Shown one piece after another: positions 1-13,991 of a stretch of DNA of 64,000 nt. The stretch comes from Eledone cirrhosa (taxonomy: Eukaryota). Below the pieces are notes generated by a model. It saw only the letters and a program-made list of their open reading frames with translations. It was not told the DNA's origin and did no database searches. The stretch lies in assembly GCA_964016885.1 (NCBI GenBank), contig OZ024740.1, positions 131,254,001 to 131,318,000 on the forward strand, read 5' to 3'. Each line of letters begins with the position of its first letter. Position 1 is the first letter of the stretch. Position numbers and translations under genes: made by a program.

Positions 1-1003
1 TATCTCTTCAAATTGATATGAGCTTATTATATCCAATAACTCGTCTAATTATTGACTTTAGTTTCCGAAGATTTAATATCAGTGTAGTTTATGTTTTTGT
101 TTAAATATTTATTTATTTAGCTATATTTCGAAAAGAAAATTGCCATTCTGTTATTAAATGCAATACGACGAAAGAGAGAAGCAGCTTCAGAGATTTAGTT
201 ACCAAAAATATAGAAATTAAGCAATATTTAGTGTTGCTGAAAATTAAATTTAAATTTAAAAAATAGAAAATTCATCTCTAGTATATTTAATATTCTATGA
301 TTCTGCTTTCCTTTACATTTATATATATTGTATAACGTTTTTATTTATGGTATTGCGGTAGTTATTATATTTCAATGTTTTATTTCACTTTGTTCTACTA
401 AATCGTTTGTAAAAATATTTCTTGCTTTTGGGTATTTGCAATTAATTCTGGTTTTCTATAATCATCCTCAGTATCTACATCATACGTGTTACCCAACACT
501 TGTAGCAAGATACCGTTATTTTTTTTTTATAATCTGGTTTGAAAATTAAAATAAAATAAATTATTTATTTGCATGTGGGTAAGGTATTGTGAATTGTTGT
601 TTAAGATGATTCTGTAGTGTTCAGTGTTAAGCGAGTTTATGTTATGTTATTCTTAAAAGCTTATGATGTTAAAATATTTGTAAATCTTCGGTGTTCTATA
701 TAAGGTTTCCTGAATATATACGGTTAGTATGTAACATGTATGATGTAGGTAATTCATAAATACTCACACACAAACCCACACACAAATATATATATATACA
801 CATATATATGTATAATATGTGACTATAGTGTCTATATTCATCATTATATTCTTTGGTAAAATTAAAGAAGCTGAATGCCCATTACAGTCCTCAGTTTCTC
901 TATAAACTAGAAGATTAAGTTATCAACCGTTACATTCTCATGTTGTTAAGGACGTTTCGTGTAGGAGTGTATTTGTAATTAAATATTATAAAAAGTCCAG
1001 GAT

Positions 1004-1570
1004 CTTCTTCTTCTTCTTCTTCTTCTTCTTCTTCCACAGCAACATGCTTGCTAGATGGTCTTGTGGGCAGAAACCTCAAAAACTCCTTTTAGCCGGCCCC
1101 ATTTGAAACCAACATCTCAGTTTGGACCCTCAAACTGGACCAGTCGAGGTAATTTATTACCGATATTTCATGACCCTAATTTCCGATTGGCTCAAATACC
1201 GAATAGCGAAATAGTAGCGATTTGGGATTTTACATCTACTTGCCTTCTGTTACATCTGTTACATCTACTCGCATTATTGCACCAACTGCTAAAATCCTTG
1301 CAATTAATTCCGCCCCCTGTATTCCATCACTTGTGAACACGGCTGCGTAATAATTGAACATCTCTACCAGCTTTAGTGGATCTTTATTTACATGTATAAT
1401 GCACTGATTTTTTAGTCACATTATCTTAAATATTTAATAGCAATTTCTGTCTTTTTTACGTGATGATTATCAAAATCATTTCATAGTCTCTGAATTACAA
1501 TTTATTTATTTTTCAGCATTTGAGGTTTAGCAGATGGCAGTCAATATTTATACGGCATAAATGCAAAGAT
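1004..1570 (-). pseudogene. Highly degraded 3' fragment of an RTE-like LINE with (AAG)n tail
   Basis: The minus strand reads roughly KKTEI...NQC..IHVNNKDPLKLVEMFNYYAAVFTSDG...ELIARI. This resembles the RTE RT C-terminal segment (LKQVEKFKYLG..FTSDG). A (CTT)n tract at 1004-1034 sits at its 3' end. Many stops and frameshifts. Confidence 0.45.
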
Positions 1571-2716
1571 ATCTCTGTGAAGATTCTAATCTATTCATAT
1601 TATTTAATATTTTGATTTTCATAGTATTTTTATTTGTTAACTACTTTTATTTTGCAGTACCAACAAAACATATGATTAAGCTCAGCATGAAAGATAATTT
1701 AAATATAAAACGGGAAACGTTAGGTAACGTTACGCATGATCCGATTTGCTGATATTGTTTATTTTATAGACATTTGTGACAGAATACCTCTATATGACTA
1801 GAAATACAACATGAATTGTGCAATAGCTTCTTTAATACCATGGGTTATGTGAATCTGCCTATACATTTTGGACAACTGGTAAAACAAGGGTCACTTATTT
1901 AGTGCTTCCTAACAGCTGGATATCGTTGATACCTTCTAATTAATATATATTTATTTTCACTTTAATATTTAGTAGATAAGACATGATTGAAGTTCTTTCA
2001 AAGTAAATAGAAGCTGTTTCAAAGTAAAAAGAAGAATGTATGAGAAGAATACATTTTAAAACATATTGTAGTTAAGATTTTACTTACGCAAAATATATTG
2101 TAATTATATATAAATGAATATATCTGGCAACCTCAATATACGAATCACCTTCAGTAGAATATGTAGAACACTAACTATTTCAACATATAGAATTGGAAAT
2201 AAAATGTACATTAATGTTTATAGTAGAAAAATATATATCATGTTCATGTAGAAATGCGACTTGACATATTTGTATTTATATCGGATATTTACTGCATTTC
2301 TCTATATGCACGTTCAAATATGTGTGACATATTTTGATAAAAAGAGTACATAGCATATTTATATTAAAACTACATCAAAATATTTTATATTAACAAATTT
2401 GGCAGCTTCTCAACTTTCATAAACTGAAATACTATTGTGCTTACAAGGTATTTCCTGAAACCATAACATGATTGGTTTTCAAAATATCTCAGGCTTAAAT
2501 CATTTTGACGTAATATTTCTAAGTAATGTTTCGATAAATAGTTAAACGTAGTTTAATGCGTTGACATGCAAATTCATCAGATATTATAATTCAGCCATAT
2601 GGAATATGTGAAGAGAATCATGCATCGATGTCTAACTTTTTGTGATATAACTGATGATACATAATTGTCGAGTGCTCTTTTGATTGTCACGAAAAATATT
2701 CAATATATTATTTCAT

Positions 2717-2754
<38 letters not shown>

Positions 2755-3141
2755 CGTGCAATCGCACATATGCGGATAGCAATAGTACTTTCATAGGTAG
2801 GCAGAACACCCGTGAACACGCATTTACTAATAGGGCTAGTGATATAGGTTACCGCAGGGACACAAAACTGACACTAAGACAGAACGCGACGGGGAAACAG
2901 ATTGAGGGAATACCCGGATCAATAGCATAGGCATAGCCCCGACAGTAGCACCAGATAGCAATATTTGGTTTACCCATAGGGCCGACACAATTGAACAGAA
3001 TATTTAGTAAGCGAAAGATCTAATCTGAGCACACATGGTAGATATAAGAATAGCGGTAGCATAGGGGATGAACTAACGGTCAGGTACAGCCAGGGAGGGA
3101 ACTCTGACCCAGCACGCACTACTATACACAGACGACGGAAT

Positions 3142-3900
3142 ATGACAAGGTCTCGGACTATTATGTGGTTTAACGCGCCATATTCGAAGCATGTATGCAC
3201 TAATCTACCAGACCTCTTCTTCAGAGCATTGGACGAGTGCTTCCCGCCGTCGGACAGGTATCACAGGATATTCAACCGCCACACAGTGAACATCTCCTTT
3301 TCCACCGCACCTAACATGGCAGACTATATGACCAAAACCAATGCGGTGAAGTTGGGGAACTTCGACCGCCAACAACTACGGCAGGCGACCGACCGTCCTG
3401 GGAGGCCGGGAGGACCACATGGAGGCAGATTCACCAACTATGGCCCGGTAAAGATAGTAGCCGACCTGCCAGCGGAAGACGCAACACTCGACTACCAGGT
3501 GGCACTGAACAACAGAGAGGAGCCCACCGCACCGGCAGAACGACATCCAAAGAATCGGGAGAACGCCGCAACAAGGCCAGGACCCCGAGTAAGGAATGAG
3601 CAGCATACATCCCGAACCTGCAACTGCCGAGTGGGCACACAATGCCCTCTGCAGGGAAGATGCCTAACGAAGAGCATCGTCTGGCGGACCTGATATGGGA
3701 CTTGATGGTCAGCGGCACCACGTATGTTATCAACTGGAGTAACTTTCAACGTGCCAATGCATATTCGCCCGGCGAGAGGAAGTTCAGGTCGTGCCTGTCG
3801 GAGGCCATGGAGATAGTGATATTAAACGATAAAGCAGTCAACCTGAAATCGGAGATCATCATGACATGTTGACACCAGCGAAGGTGAACACTCTCCGCAT
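3142..3900 (+). mobile_element. Penelope-like element fragment (Naiad-type), RT thumb/linker plus internally deleted GIY-YIG endonuclease
   Basis: ORF 3142-3693 has WFNAPYSK..TN...HRIFNRHTVNISFS..PNM and the CxCx5Cx5C linker CNCRVGTQCPLQGRC. ORF 3642-3872 gives the endonuclease C-terminus (LIWDL..INW..AYSP..CLSE..VNLKSEI..C*H). The YIG segment is deleted at ~3680. Confidence 0.85.
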
Positions 3901-4569
3901 GGGTACCCACGGATGGCCTCAACTAGAGCTATACGAGGAAGCGGACGTCAGTCGCGGTGGCGGTGCAGGTCCATGCGACCTGACACCATATATTGATGAC
4001 CATGTAGGAGCAGGTCGACACTTTCAATGCTGCACATTTGAATCTGTACCTTGTCTTAAACACCGCCATCGCAGTAGCTAGGTCACAGGGGTTTAATTTC
4101 AATGGGTATACCCAATGCCGTATCACAAATCACTAAGGCACACTATTTCATCTACAGTAACATACTACGTTACAATCGGATCTTCCTTACTCCCTGACTA
4201 TATATTTCTTATGTAGTGTGTGTGTATTTTCTCTACGTATTGCATTATGTAACACTTTAAGTATTTTTTCATGTACAACCTCATGTATTTTTTTATATAT
4301 ATGTAATTTTGTTTATAAGGTTTCTGTATGTATATCATTCCAAGTTAGCACCATGAAACCAACTCAGTCAACATGTGCACCAAAGTGTGGCTGCATATAC
4401 GTATATACCGGTATATAAGATGCTGAGTGCATTCTTTGATCTATCCTCCATATGTACTCTTTTTGTATTTTTTACGTATTTCTTCACGTAATATTTATTT
4501 GCGAACTACATGATGTACAGCATCATATTCATGTTTCTATGCACTTTCCAAATATATATGCACAGCTTA

Positions 4570-4742
4570 TTTTCATATGTGTGCGTACGTATGTGTGTGT
4601 GAGGGTTTCTCTGTGCGGGTGCATATGGTTATGTGTGGGTGTGTAGGTGTGTATATATGTGTGTGTGTATGTATATGTACACACACGTATATATATGTGT
4701 GTGGTTGTGCGCGTGCACACACACTAACACACACACACACAT

Positions 4743-4790
<48 letters not shown>

Positions 4791-5060
4791 GTATGTGTAT
4801 GTGTGTGTGTGTGTATATGAGTAGGCCTAACTGAAAGCATATGTACACGCGTTTATATCTACGTGTGTGTTTGTTTCTATGGGTGCGCATATGTGTGTAT
4901 ATGTATATACACGTGTGTAAAAATATATCTGTATGTATGTATATATATATATATGTGTGTGTCTGTGTGTGTGTGTGTGTGTGGCTGTGTATGGATTGAT
5001 ATATGTATATATATGTGGGTCCATTATGTCTACGTGTGTGCGTATGACAGTGTATGAGTG
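4570..5060. repeat. Compound (TG/CA/TA)n microsatellite field (representative of many such tracts between 2.7 and 39 kb)
   Basis: Dinucleotide runs are directly visible. Similar tracts lie at ~5630, 8690, 9600, 10555, 12360, 13250, 14575-15040, 16050, 17760, 19420, 20810, 26500, 27690, 28540, 29700, 30180, 31250, 38070 and 38400. Confidence 0.95.
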
Positions 5061-5626
5061 TACCTATATCTGAGAAGTGAATATATATGAATGTACATGG
5101 GTGAACACAAGCATGCAAGCTCTATGTGGGAGTGTGTGTGTATGAGCGCACAGGCAAGTGTGCGATTAATGGCTCGGACTGTCTTTATATGTGGGAGCAC
5201 ACGCGCATGTGCGTGTATGTGTGTGGGGCAAGGGCAAGCCAGGGAAGGGCAGAGAGTTCATAACACCTCAACTACACATAGCAGTAATTTCTGGCGACGG
5301 GATTAGGGTGAGTGAGAGCTCACACCTAAATGGAAATGGTCAGTGGACACATTTAAATAGTCATACACAAAGATCACGTCATGAGCTATTAACCCACCGG
5401 AGTGCCGGGCAAACAGAATGATGGTAGTTGATAGAAACTCGGGGGGTAGGTGTCCAGTAGAAAGATGATTGTCTTCGAAGCCATTAGATGTATCTCCGGA
5501 ACTTGCTAATCCATAGTCAGGTTCGATCCACAAATGGATCGCACCTCGAGCTGTTCGCCGGAGAAACATTTGTAATAGGTAATAAATTGTGTTCCGATGC
5601 ATCACTGATTCTTTGTTTCCCATATT

Positions 5627-5692
<66 letters not shown>

Positions 5693-5779
5693 TATGAAGA
5701 GAGAAGAAACATTTAGATATAATTAGTAATAAAATGCATCATACCTAAACTGCTCCTAGATTCCTCGACTAATATATAT

Positions 5780-5988
5780 CGATTGACTTTCGTCAAATCG
5801 GATCGAGGAAACAATGTTTCCGTTGGTCTTTCCAATTGCTAATACTAGCTAACGGTCGCAACTCCAGGTAGAAGGAGCAACGTGAAATAAAGTGTCTTGC
5901 TCAAAGACATAACGCATCGACCGCTCCAGGAATCGAAGTCACAACCTCACGATTTCGAATCCAATTCTCTAACCACAGAGCCACACGC
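5780..5988 (-). mobile_element. tRNA-derived SINE (octopus-type)
   Basis: The minus strand begins GTGGCTCTGTGGTTAGAG (A box) ... GACTTCGATTCC (B box), then TGTCTTTGAGCAAGACACTTTATTTCACGTTGCTCC. A second copy is at 30559-30775 on the + strand. Confidence 0.8.
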
Positions 5989-8684
5989 TTTCTTATTTGA
6001 ATTTGGAAAATATTCATCGCCCGGCTCTTTTATACATCGATTTGAAACGATCGTTTTATCGGAAATAAATTTCACCGAGCAACCTTATCTTGAAATAACT
6101 CTTTCTCGGAATCAATGTTTTTGGGGCCAATCTTTGTCTACAGATTTGGCTAACTGCCATATTTCTGGAATATGTTCTTCCCGAAAAGATATCAAATCGT
6201 CAAAACGTTTAGATTAAACTAATTTTATTGAAATTCAAACTAATTTTATTGAAATTCAAAACATATTACACACAGATTTTTTTTAATGATATTCCTTCAA
6301 CACAGGTTTTTTTAATGATATTCTTTCAACACAGGTTGACTAATATTTGGTGGAGATATAGAACATAGTTTTCTGTAAAAAAATTATATATCAATAGCGA
6401 ATATAAAATGGTAAAGATACAAAATGTTTAAACATTGAATTATAATTGATTTCGAAGTTCGAAAACATTAATTGAAATCAATATTACTAAGGCAAATTTA
6501 AATACGTCTTCTGTCAAACGTGATATCTAAATTCTGCTCTTATAATTGTCTTTGTTGGTTTTAGTGTAAGTATATGTTTGTACATGTTTGATTATGGGAG
6601 TGGCTAAGTTCAATCCATTAAAAATGTTTACGGTTATTTTTCTGAATGCGTGTCTATCTATTGGCTGTCTCAATCGCTAAAACCTGCATGTCTTTTACTG
6701 ACATGGATACATATGTTATTACAACAATTATATCTCACGTACTCATTCTTAACCTTCTTTTTCTCTGTCTCTCCTACATTCCATCCCGCTGTATTCCCCT
6801 CACAAGTTCACATACATACGTTTAACAGCAATCAACGATTGAGAAATAAAGAACTATTCAATTATTCACGTATATGTGCTTAGATATATTCGCGGATTAA
6901 TAAGCATTACCTATACATCTGCACCTATTTCCTAAGAAACCCGCAGAGAAACATACACACACACACAACCAATTATATATATTTATATTTAGAATATAAA
7001 TAGACATATTTAATAAGAGTCAGGATAGAAAATCCATTTCCATGACGTGGTAAATATTAATTCATACTTAACATTTTGAAACCAGTAGCACTAAGGTGAA
7101 TATAAAACAACTTGCTTGGTTTTTAAATATACTTCTGTATTTAAAATTGTGTAAAACATAATACTTTACGATACTATTCTACAAAATGTCGTTTCCAAAT
7201 AAGAATAAAATTGATTCGAGAAAACGAGGATAAAATAAAATACAATTCTACAAAGATGTCAATTATTATCGTGAAGAGATCATTCCTTAAACTGCCGTTA
7301 ACTGGAATGTCGAACGGTATAACATCGGCATGCTTGGAAAGTAACATAAAGTATTTTAATTGACTTCAGTTTTTGTCAAATCCAGCAACGTAATCAATAT
7401 TTGAAGTATGCAAATAGATTTTATCGATTGAATCCACATCCACAGACAGAATGAACGGGCGTTTTTAATTAACAACAAAATATCTAACAGCCATGTTGTC
7501 TGAAATGCGGTAACTCAACAGTTCAAAGGGCGAAAATGTAATCCGAAAATTATGATCTCTTATATTTTCCAAGTTATACTCTTACAAAAAAGTGATACTG
7601 TAAATTACAGAAAGATCAGCCACGATATAGATTTTGAATAGAAATTAGATGTTCTCGTGTCAGTTGGTATCACAATGTTCTCTTCAAATGTTCTGCTCGT
7701 TTAGAGCTGGCTGGAATCAAAGCAACAACATATAATACATAGAAAAACAATCATCCAGATCTGCAATATTATGTGTGCAGACTTGCCAGAAAATTGTAAG
7801 GAATTATTTGATAATATAGATTGTTCCAAAGTAATCATAAATTGATATATATTTTGGTATATTGTATCCAGATAAAATTAAAAGAAAATTATAAATGAGC
7901 AATTAACAATCTGTTTAGAAATATAAATGTATATTTAGATATATATCAGCCTAAATAATAACGACCGTAGCGAGAAAAATAACAGTCTCCTTGCGCCTTT
8001 AATTTTAATCTGTAGTTCATTATAAATATTATTTTCATGAAATTGTCTCCTGCAGTATAATCAGACATACATTCAAAATTAGCTAGATCTTTTCGACCTG
8101 TTGAAAAGTAGTAAACATGATATAATTAAAGAAAGATTTATTGGTTCAACGAAAAGAATATATAAACGCATGTGAACAGATAACGTGGCAACAGAACGTC
8201 CAATCATTCTTCTAAACTGCACTTCAAATATCACTAAAGATAGTTAAATATTACCGTTGTTTTCATGTCAAAAGATAATTAAGTTACGAATATTTTCTAT
8301 TATATTTTCAGTTAAAGAAAACTAAAATTTACGTAATTAACAAAGACATCAAATAATTATCATCTTCCACCACTGTTTATTGCTAATTAATTACAAATAT
8401 TCAAATAAATATATGTTTAATTGCTCTATCATGTGTGTTTGCAGTATAATGTAGAATAAAACAAACGGTATAATTGTCAAATACTAACAGTGTTATAGAC
8501 GGTCTGTTGTAACTTGACGCATCAAAATAATTTTAATCATCATGGAATCACTTTTAAACTTCTGAAATTAAAAAGCTCCTAAATAATCAAACGTATAACT
8601 TTTGATTAATACACATGTAAAAACACAGACGTTTATATACGAACATACATGCACACCCACACACATACACACACACCCCCACCC

Positions 8685-8764
<80 letters not shown>

Positions 8765-9249
8765 TATATGTAAACTTATATATATACACACACTCACACC
8801 TACATATATATTGTGAAATACACACATGTGTTTATATATAAAAGAAATATTTTAAATGGAGATATCTATTTAAGTTTCATTTATCAAGATGAACATAATC
8901 GCAAAGTGTTATCATTAGTAATTCATGTAGTTCAAACCAATTTACGGCTATACCCAATGGAGCAAGATCTGAAAAAATGACTATGAATAGTATCACTTCC
9001 TCCCGTCTGACCTGCATGAAATTCCTTCCTCTCTCACTTTTCTCGTGGCTCGGGCGCATCTGTTTATTCTCGTCATTTGATTTGTCGGACTTAAGCCCAC
9101 AAGATTCATTGACTTGTCTCTCTTTACCTCTCTTTACGTTGCATTACTACCACGTGATTTGTTTCCTTTCCTGTTTTCCTCTGCCCCGAAAACTTAATTT
9201 AGTTATCGCTCGCACTGATTTTAAGTATCTAGTCTTTAATGTGAAGAAA

Positions 9250-9600
9250 TACCAATGATAATCAGCAGGCTACTGAGGAAGGACAGTCTTGTTTCCCGGT
9301 CTATTTTTATTCATATGTTCATATATATATATATATATATATATGTATGAATGAAGTAATTCCCTCAGAAAGGTCCAGGTAAAACGAGTGCTCTATGTAG
9401 GTTACAGAGCTTAATAGTTATGTAGTAAAAAACATAAGATAATTATTTCATTTACCAGTGGTTTCTTGAAAGCAAACCAGTCTGCTTTCAGTCATCAGAA
9501 TGAAAAAACCCTGGTGTTTGTATTCAATATAAGGAATATGAAAGAGCGGCTGAAGGAAGAAGAGAAAAGGATAAAAAATGTTTAAGTATATAAACACACA
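9250..9600 (-). mobile_element. HHR-bearing PLE pseudo-LTR-like element, family A
   Basis: Homologous to 26305-26505 (-) and 29850-30180 (+). Contains the hammerhead at 9446-9505. Confidence 0.75.
9446..9505 (-). ncRNA. Type I hammerhead ribozyme (family A)
   Basis: Minus strand: TTTCATT-CTGATGA-c TGAAAGCAGAC tg GTTTGCTTTCA a-GAAA-CCACTGG-TA-AATGAAA. Canonical core, 7-bp stem I, 11-bp stem II, GUA cleavage triplet. Confidence 0.85.
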
Positions 9601-9651
9601 CACACATATATACATACATATACACATACATATATATATATATACAGAAAT

Positions 9652-9711
<60 letters not shown>

Positions 9712-10035
9712 AAAAGGAATTACAACTTTGTCTGATTTACTCGTTTTATTTACAATTGTAGTGTTAATTGAACAAGTGCTTTCATGCTTTCCTAATCTCC
9801 AGGTTCATATTCTGTGGTGACAGTCAAGTTTGCAGTTTTCAACAGTTGAAAATTGCAAACTGACTGTCACCACAGAATATGAACTTGAAGATTGCGAAAG
9901 CATGAAAGTATTTGTTCAATTAACACTTAACATTTAATATTCTACCATACTATTTCATTATAATATCATTATAATTTTAAAGGATTGTAAATAAAATGAG
10001 TAAACCAGACAACATTGTAATTCCTTTTATTAATA
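9712..10035. repeat. Fold-back palindrome of family B with an HHR in each arm (9770-9806 -, 9881-9917 +)
   Basis: Inverted arms centred near 9843. Consensus GAAC-CTGAAGA-tTGC gaaa GCAt-GAAA-GTAC-TT-GTTC. The left arm has an internal deletion. Confidence 0.8.
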
Positions 10036-10406
10036 TAATCTTCTATACACAATCAAACACACTGCGGTTCGCACACAAATCGCTGCTGACCATTATCACA
10101 ACAACGAACCTCTTTACTACTACTACTACACACACACACACACACATATTTGTTTTGAAAGACTTATTTTTCAGTGACTTCTCAATCAGCTGACACAAAC
10201 CTACATTTGGCGCAAAATCAATTTTTAACATTCACATGACCTCTACCGACCAATCAAAATTGTTTTGACCACAATAATGTTAGCAACACGAATTCGCGCG
10301 AAACTTATTTTAATACATCTGGAGCCACTTTTTTCACGTAAAACAGGTAGAATTTCCAAAACTAATCAGATTAGAGCAAACATCACGGGCGCTCTATCTC
10401 AAAATT

Positions 10407-10445
10407 AGTTTTGAAAAGCATTAGAAATGCGCAACCGGTAAAACT
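10407..10445 (+). ncRNA. Degenerate hammerhead (U3:A8 variant, related to family I)
   Basis: AGTT-TTGAAAA-GCATT aga AATGC-GCAA-CCGG-TA-AAACT. GAAA is mutated to GCAA. Palindromic stem III ACCGGT. Confidence 0.55.
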
Positions 10446-10550
10446 TAAAACCAAAACTGAATACTAACCAATACAATTACTAATTTTTACGTATTCCTAA
10501 TTAAATTATTTTCCACTGGGAACATTTGTCAGCATTTTCTTTTCCGTTTA

Positions 10551-10639
<89 letters not shown>

Positions 10640-10862
10640 GTATGTATATATATGTATATATATATATATATGTCTGTGTGTGTTTTGTGTGTTTTCTTTT
10701 TGTGGTTATGTAAATGTATGTATGTGTGTGTGTGTATACATGTGTATGTGTATATATATATATATATATATATAATGAAAAATTGAACAGGGACAGAACA
10801 GAGAGGCAGTACAATAAATGTTTATTAAATTCACGCTCAGGAGAGTGGGGGGTAGGTGGGGG

Positions 10863-10894
10863 ACGACGTTTCGGGCATAAGCCCTTCTTCAGGT
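10863..10894 (-). ncRNA. Minimal hammerhead ribozyme (family C) in a PLE pseudo-LTR
   Basis: Minus strand: AC-CTGAAGA-a GGGC ttat GCCC-GAAA-CG-TC-GT. Classic PLE minimal HHR with ACGT palindromic stem III; stem I is only 2 bp in this copy. It is followed by AATAAA and a (TA)n tract. Confidence 0.7.
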
Positions 10895-11089
10895 GAGAAG
10901 TGTGTGGGAACAGAGTTCAAAAGGTGTGTAGGGGAGTGGTGGAGAGACATATAGCGAAAGGAAACGGTGCGAATGAAAAATTAACAAATAAAGACAAAAA
11001 ATATAATAAATAAAAATAAAGCATGATCAAAATACAAGGAACGAGAAAATTTAAAAATAAAGGCATGATCAAAATAAACTGAAATTAAA

Positions 11090-12222
11090 AGGGGGCTAAA
11101 CAGGTGGTGGAAGGGTGTGGGGTGAGTAGGGGTGGTGGCGGGTGGAGTGGGGAGAGGGAGACGGGGTGTCCGAGCGGAGAGGGCTGAAGGTGGGGTGTGT
11201 GGTTAGGTGTGCGTGTGTGTGTGTGTGTGTATGTGAAAGTGAGGGTTGGGGGAAGAACGGGGTTGCATGTTCAGGAAGGTGTGTGTAGGGGGTGTTTTTG
11301 TGGGTCGGATTGTCTGTGCGTGTGTGGATAGGGGGTGGGGGGAGAGGAATCAGGAGGCTGAGGGTGTAAATATGTGGTGGGAAGCACGTGTGTGTGGTTT
11401 AAGCGTGTTGTGGGTGTGGGTGGCGTGTGGATAAAAAAAATTGTTTTGGGGTGTGTGTGTGGGTGAGTTATATAGGTGATCGTGTAAGAGGATGGTTGAA
11501 AAGTTGGTAAGTTCCACGGATGTTTGGAGATTTGGTTAGAAGTCAATTTCGCGTGTGGGTAATCCAAGAAGCGGTGGTCGGAAGAGGAGAGATGTGGGGT
11601 GCGCGCGCAACAGGAAGTGGTCAGCAGTGGGAGTGCTGTGGTCAGTTGGTGCTGAGAGGTTGTCGGAAGGGCATAGCAGCAGTCGGCGGAATGGTAGGGA
11701 GGCGAGGATGGGTAGGTGTGAGAGTTGGAGTGAGGAGGGTGTGTGTGTGTGTGTGTGTGTGTGTATTAGTAGGGGTGTTAGAGGGAGGAATGAGTGTGGA
11801 GCGGGGAGACAAGGTTGTGTGTGGTTCTATGGAGGGAGTGTGGTGTACTGGTGTGTGTGTAGTTTGGTGAAGAGGTGTTAGTGGGTGTTAGTATACGGGA
11901 GGTGGGGAGGGGTGGAATGCAGGTGTGAGTGGGGGTTAGTGGTGGTAGGGTGTGTAGAGTTGGTGGTGTACGAGGGTGTGTGGGTACGTGTGCGTGGGGT
12001 TGGGGGGGGGGTGTTAGTGATGTTAGTTGCGTATGGGGTGGGTGGTGTAAGTGTGTGCGTGTGTGCGTGTGATAAGGAGGGGGTAGGAGGAGAAGAGGGG
12101 AGGGAAGGGATGTTAGTATGTTAGTTGGGGAAGGGTGGTCAGATGAGGGGTGGAGTGGAGGTGTTAGTATTGTTAGTGTGGGGTGGGCGGTGAAAAGGAG
12201 GGGTGTGTTAGTGGTGTTAGTG
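11090..12222. other. Strongly G/T-skewed low-complexity segment, contiguous with the family C pseudo-LTR
   Basis: The + strand is dominated by GGG/GTG runs with few C. No recognisable protein domain. Confidence 0.6.
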
Positions 12223-12235
12223 GTATATATATATA

Positions 12236-12355
12236 TAGGAACGAGTAGGACCCCTACTAGGGGTCCTACTCGTTCCTATTACCCACTCTACTACCCTAAG
12301 TATTGAGTACTTTGGTGCGTTATGGTCCATCTGGTTCCTTACCACATTTCCTTCG

Positions 12356-12358
<3 letters not shown>
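12236..12358. repeat. Short inter-(TA)n element with a perfect hairpin; second copy at 17437-17540
   Basis: TAGGAACGAGTAGGACCCC-tacta-GGGGTCCTACTCGTTCCTA. It shares GGAACGAGTAGGACCCC and GTATTGAGTACTT..GGTGCGTTATGGTCCA.CTGGTTCCTTACCACATTTCCTTCGTTA with 17437-17540. Confidence 0.75.
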
Positions 12359-12419
<61 letters not shown>

Positions 12420-12829
12420 CTGTGTGTGTGTGTGTGTATGTATGTATATATATATAATTATATACTAAGATATTTAACATTTAATATCATATTTACTCCA
12501 GGAACTTGTTGAGTGCTCTACTACAGTTATAAATAGTTATACTCGTGTGTATGTGTGTGTGTGTATGTGTGTGTGTGTGTGTGAGTGTGTGTGTGTGTGT
12601 ATGTGTGTGTGTTTGCACACACACAGGGAATGCAACGTGCAGTTACTGTAGGTTGGTTCAACCTACTTTAGTTGACTTTCTTTATTTTTCCTTCATTGTA
12701 TGTATATATATATATTTATATATATATATACATATGTGTGTGTGTGTGTGTGTGTGTTTGTGCGTGGGTGTATATATGTGATTCTCGTTGTGTGTGCATG
12801 TGTGTGAATGCGCACATAGGCGTGTGAAA

Positions 12830-13130
12830 CCGAGCAGTAATTCATTGATGTGTGGCCGACATGGGACATATGATAGTTAGCCGAACGATTCCTGTGGTCA
12901 GAATTATGATGACGTTGACAACCAGCTGCCAATAACAGGACGCGCGAAGAGGATGGAGTTTTTGACGCTAATACCACAGTGAAAGAATTTGCTCCGAAAT
13001 CATTAGACGTGTCCGTCGAACCTGCGAGGCCTGAATCAAACAGATCCACACTATGATCGTGTCTCGAGCTGTCAGACGGCGAAACATTTGTAACACAATA
13101 AATTGAGTTCCAGATCCATCACTGATTTTT
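12830..13130 (+). repeat. Diverged dispersed repeat, paralogue at ~5440-5625
   Basis: Shared blocks CATTAGA.GT, GATCCACA, CTCGAGCTGT, GAAACATTTGTAA, AATAAATTG.GTTCC, CATCACTGATT, each ending at a (TA)n tract. Confidence 0.65.
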
Positions 13131-13248
13131 CGTTATATATTATATCATACTCTGCACGGTAAGAGCATAAAGTGCTCAACCGGCATACCGCCTATGGAAG
13201 AATCTTAGCTACGACCAGACACATTTATATATACATATATGTATATAC

Positions 13249-13329
<81 letters not shown>

Positions 13330-13331
<2 letters not shown>

Positions 13332-13850
13332 TAATACAGTACATATATAGAAGGAAACACAACAGTTAGTGTTCAATCATAAGGGATAGAAAACCACTAG
13401 AGTCAAACGACATAAAGTTCACGAAACAAATGGAAAATACATACCGATTAAAAGAATAAATCAAAATACACAAATCTACCTTTTGGTGTTTCTAGCTGTC
13501 TTTCGGCCCATTAACAAAACTATGGACTATATAGCGTACATGTTTTCTTCTCTGTTCATCATGTGCGTTATTGTAGTTATGTGATGTTATTCTAGAAGTG
13601 TAGACCTTATTCTTTTACACCTGTGGATAATTCCTGAACGGTATGGAATCATCACGTTTTATGGCAAATGTTTCTCTTATTTGGAGTGTCCAGGTGTTTA
13701 TAGTTATAACATTTGGTTTGTGCAATTTGATTTTGTCTTTTAATATTCTATTACTTTTGTCGACTTTATGTTTTTCACTCTAGTGGTTTTCTATCCTCTA
13801 TAATTCAACACATACCTATTTGTGTTTTCTTCTATATTTACTGTATTATA
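13330..13850. repeat. Element with diverged ~100-bp terminal inverted repeats
   Basis: ATAATACAGTA...GGATAGAAAACCACTAGAGT at 13331-13403 is the reverse complement of ACTCTAGTGGTTTTCTATCC...TACTGTATTAT at 13777-13849. Confidence 0.65.
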
Positions 13851-13953
13851 AAGAGCCCGATATCTATTCCTAGAGCTCATTAAATTACACGGGATTAAAG
13901 CGAATTTTTAACTCCGTTTTTAAATTTCACACACGCACACGCACATGCACACT

Positions 13954-13991
<38 letters not shown>

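Noticed and set aside
2645-2706. CTGATGA...GAAA hammerhead-like motif
   Set aside because: Stems I and II do not pair convincingly, so it is likely chance in AT-rich DNA.
3864-3890. In-frame TGA codons in the Naiad fragment as selenocysteine
   Set aside because: They fall at Arg-type and other non-Cys positions (C*H for CRH), consistent with CGA>TGA decay in a dead copy.
5930-5988. tRNA genes at the SINE heads (also 30559-30620)
   Set aside because: The cloverleaf is degenerate and continues into a shared SINE body.
5470-13100. Hammerheads in the repeat pair at ~5470-5580 and ~12990-13100 (stem followed by GAAACATTTGTA)
   Set aside because: The 3' half fits, but no CUGANGA-type core precedes the stem in either copy.
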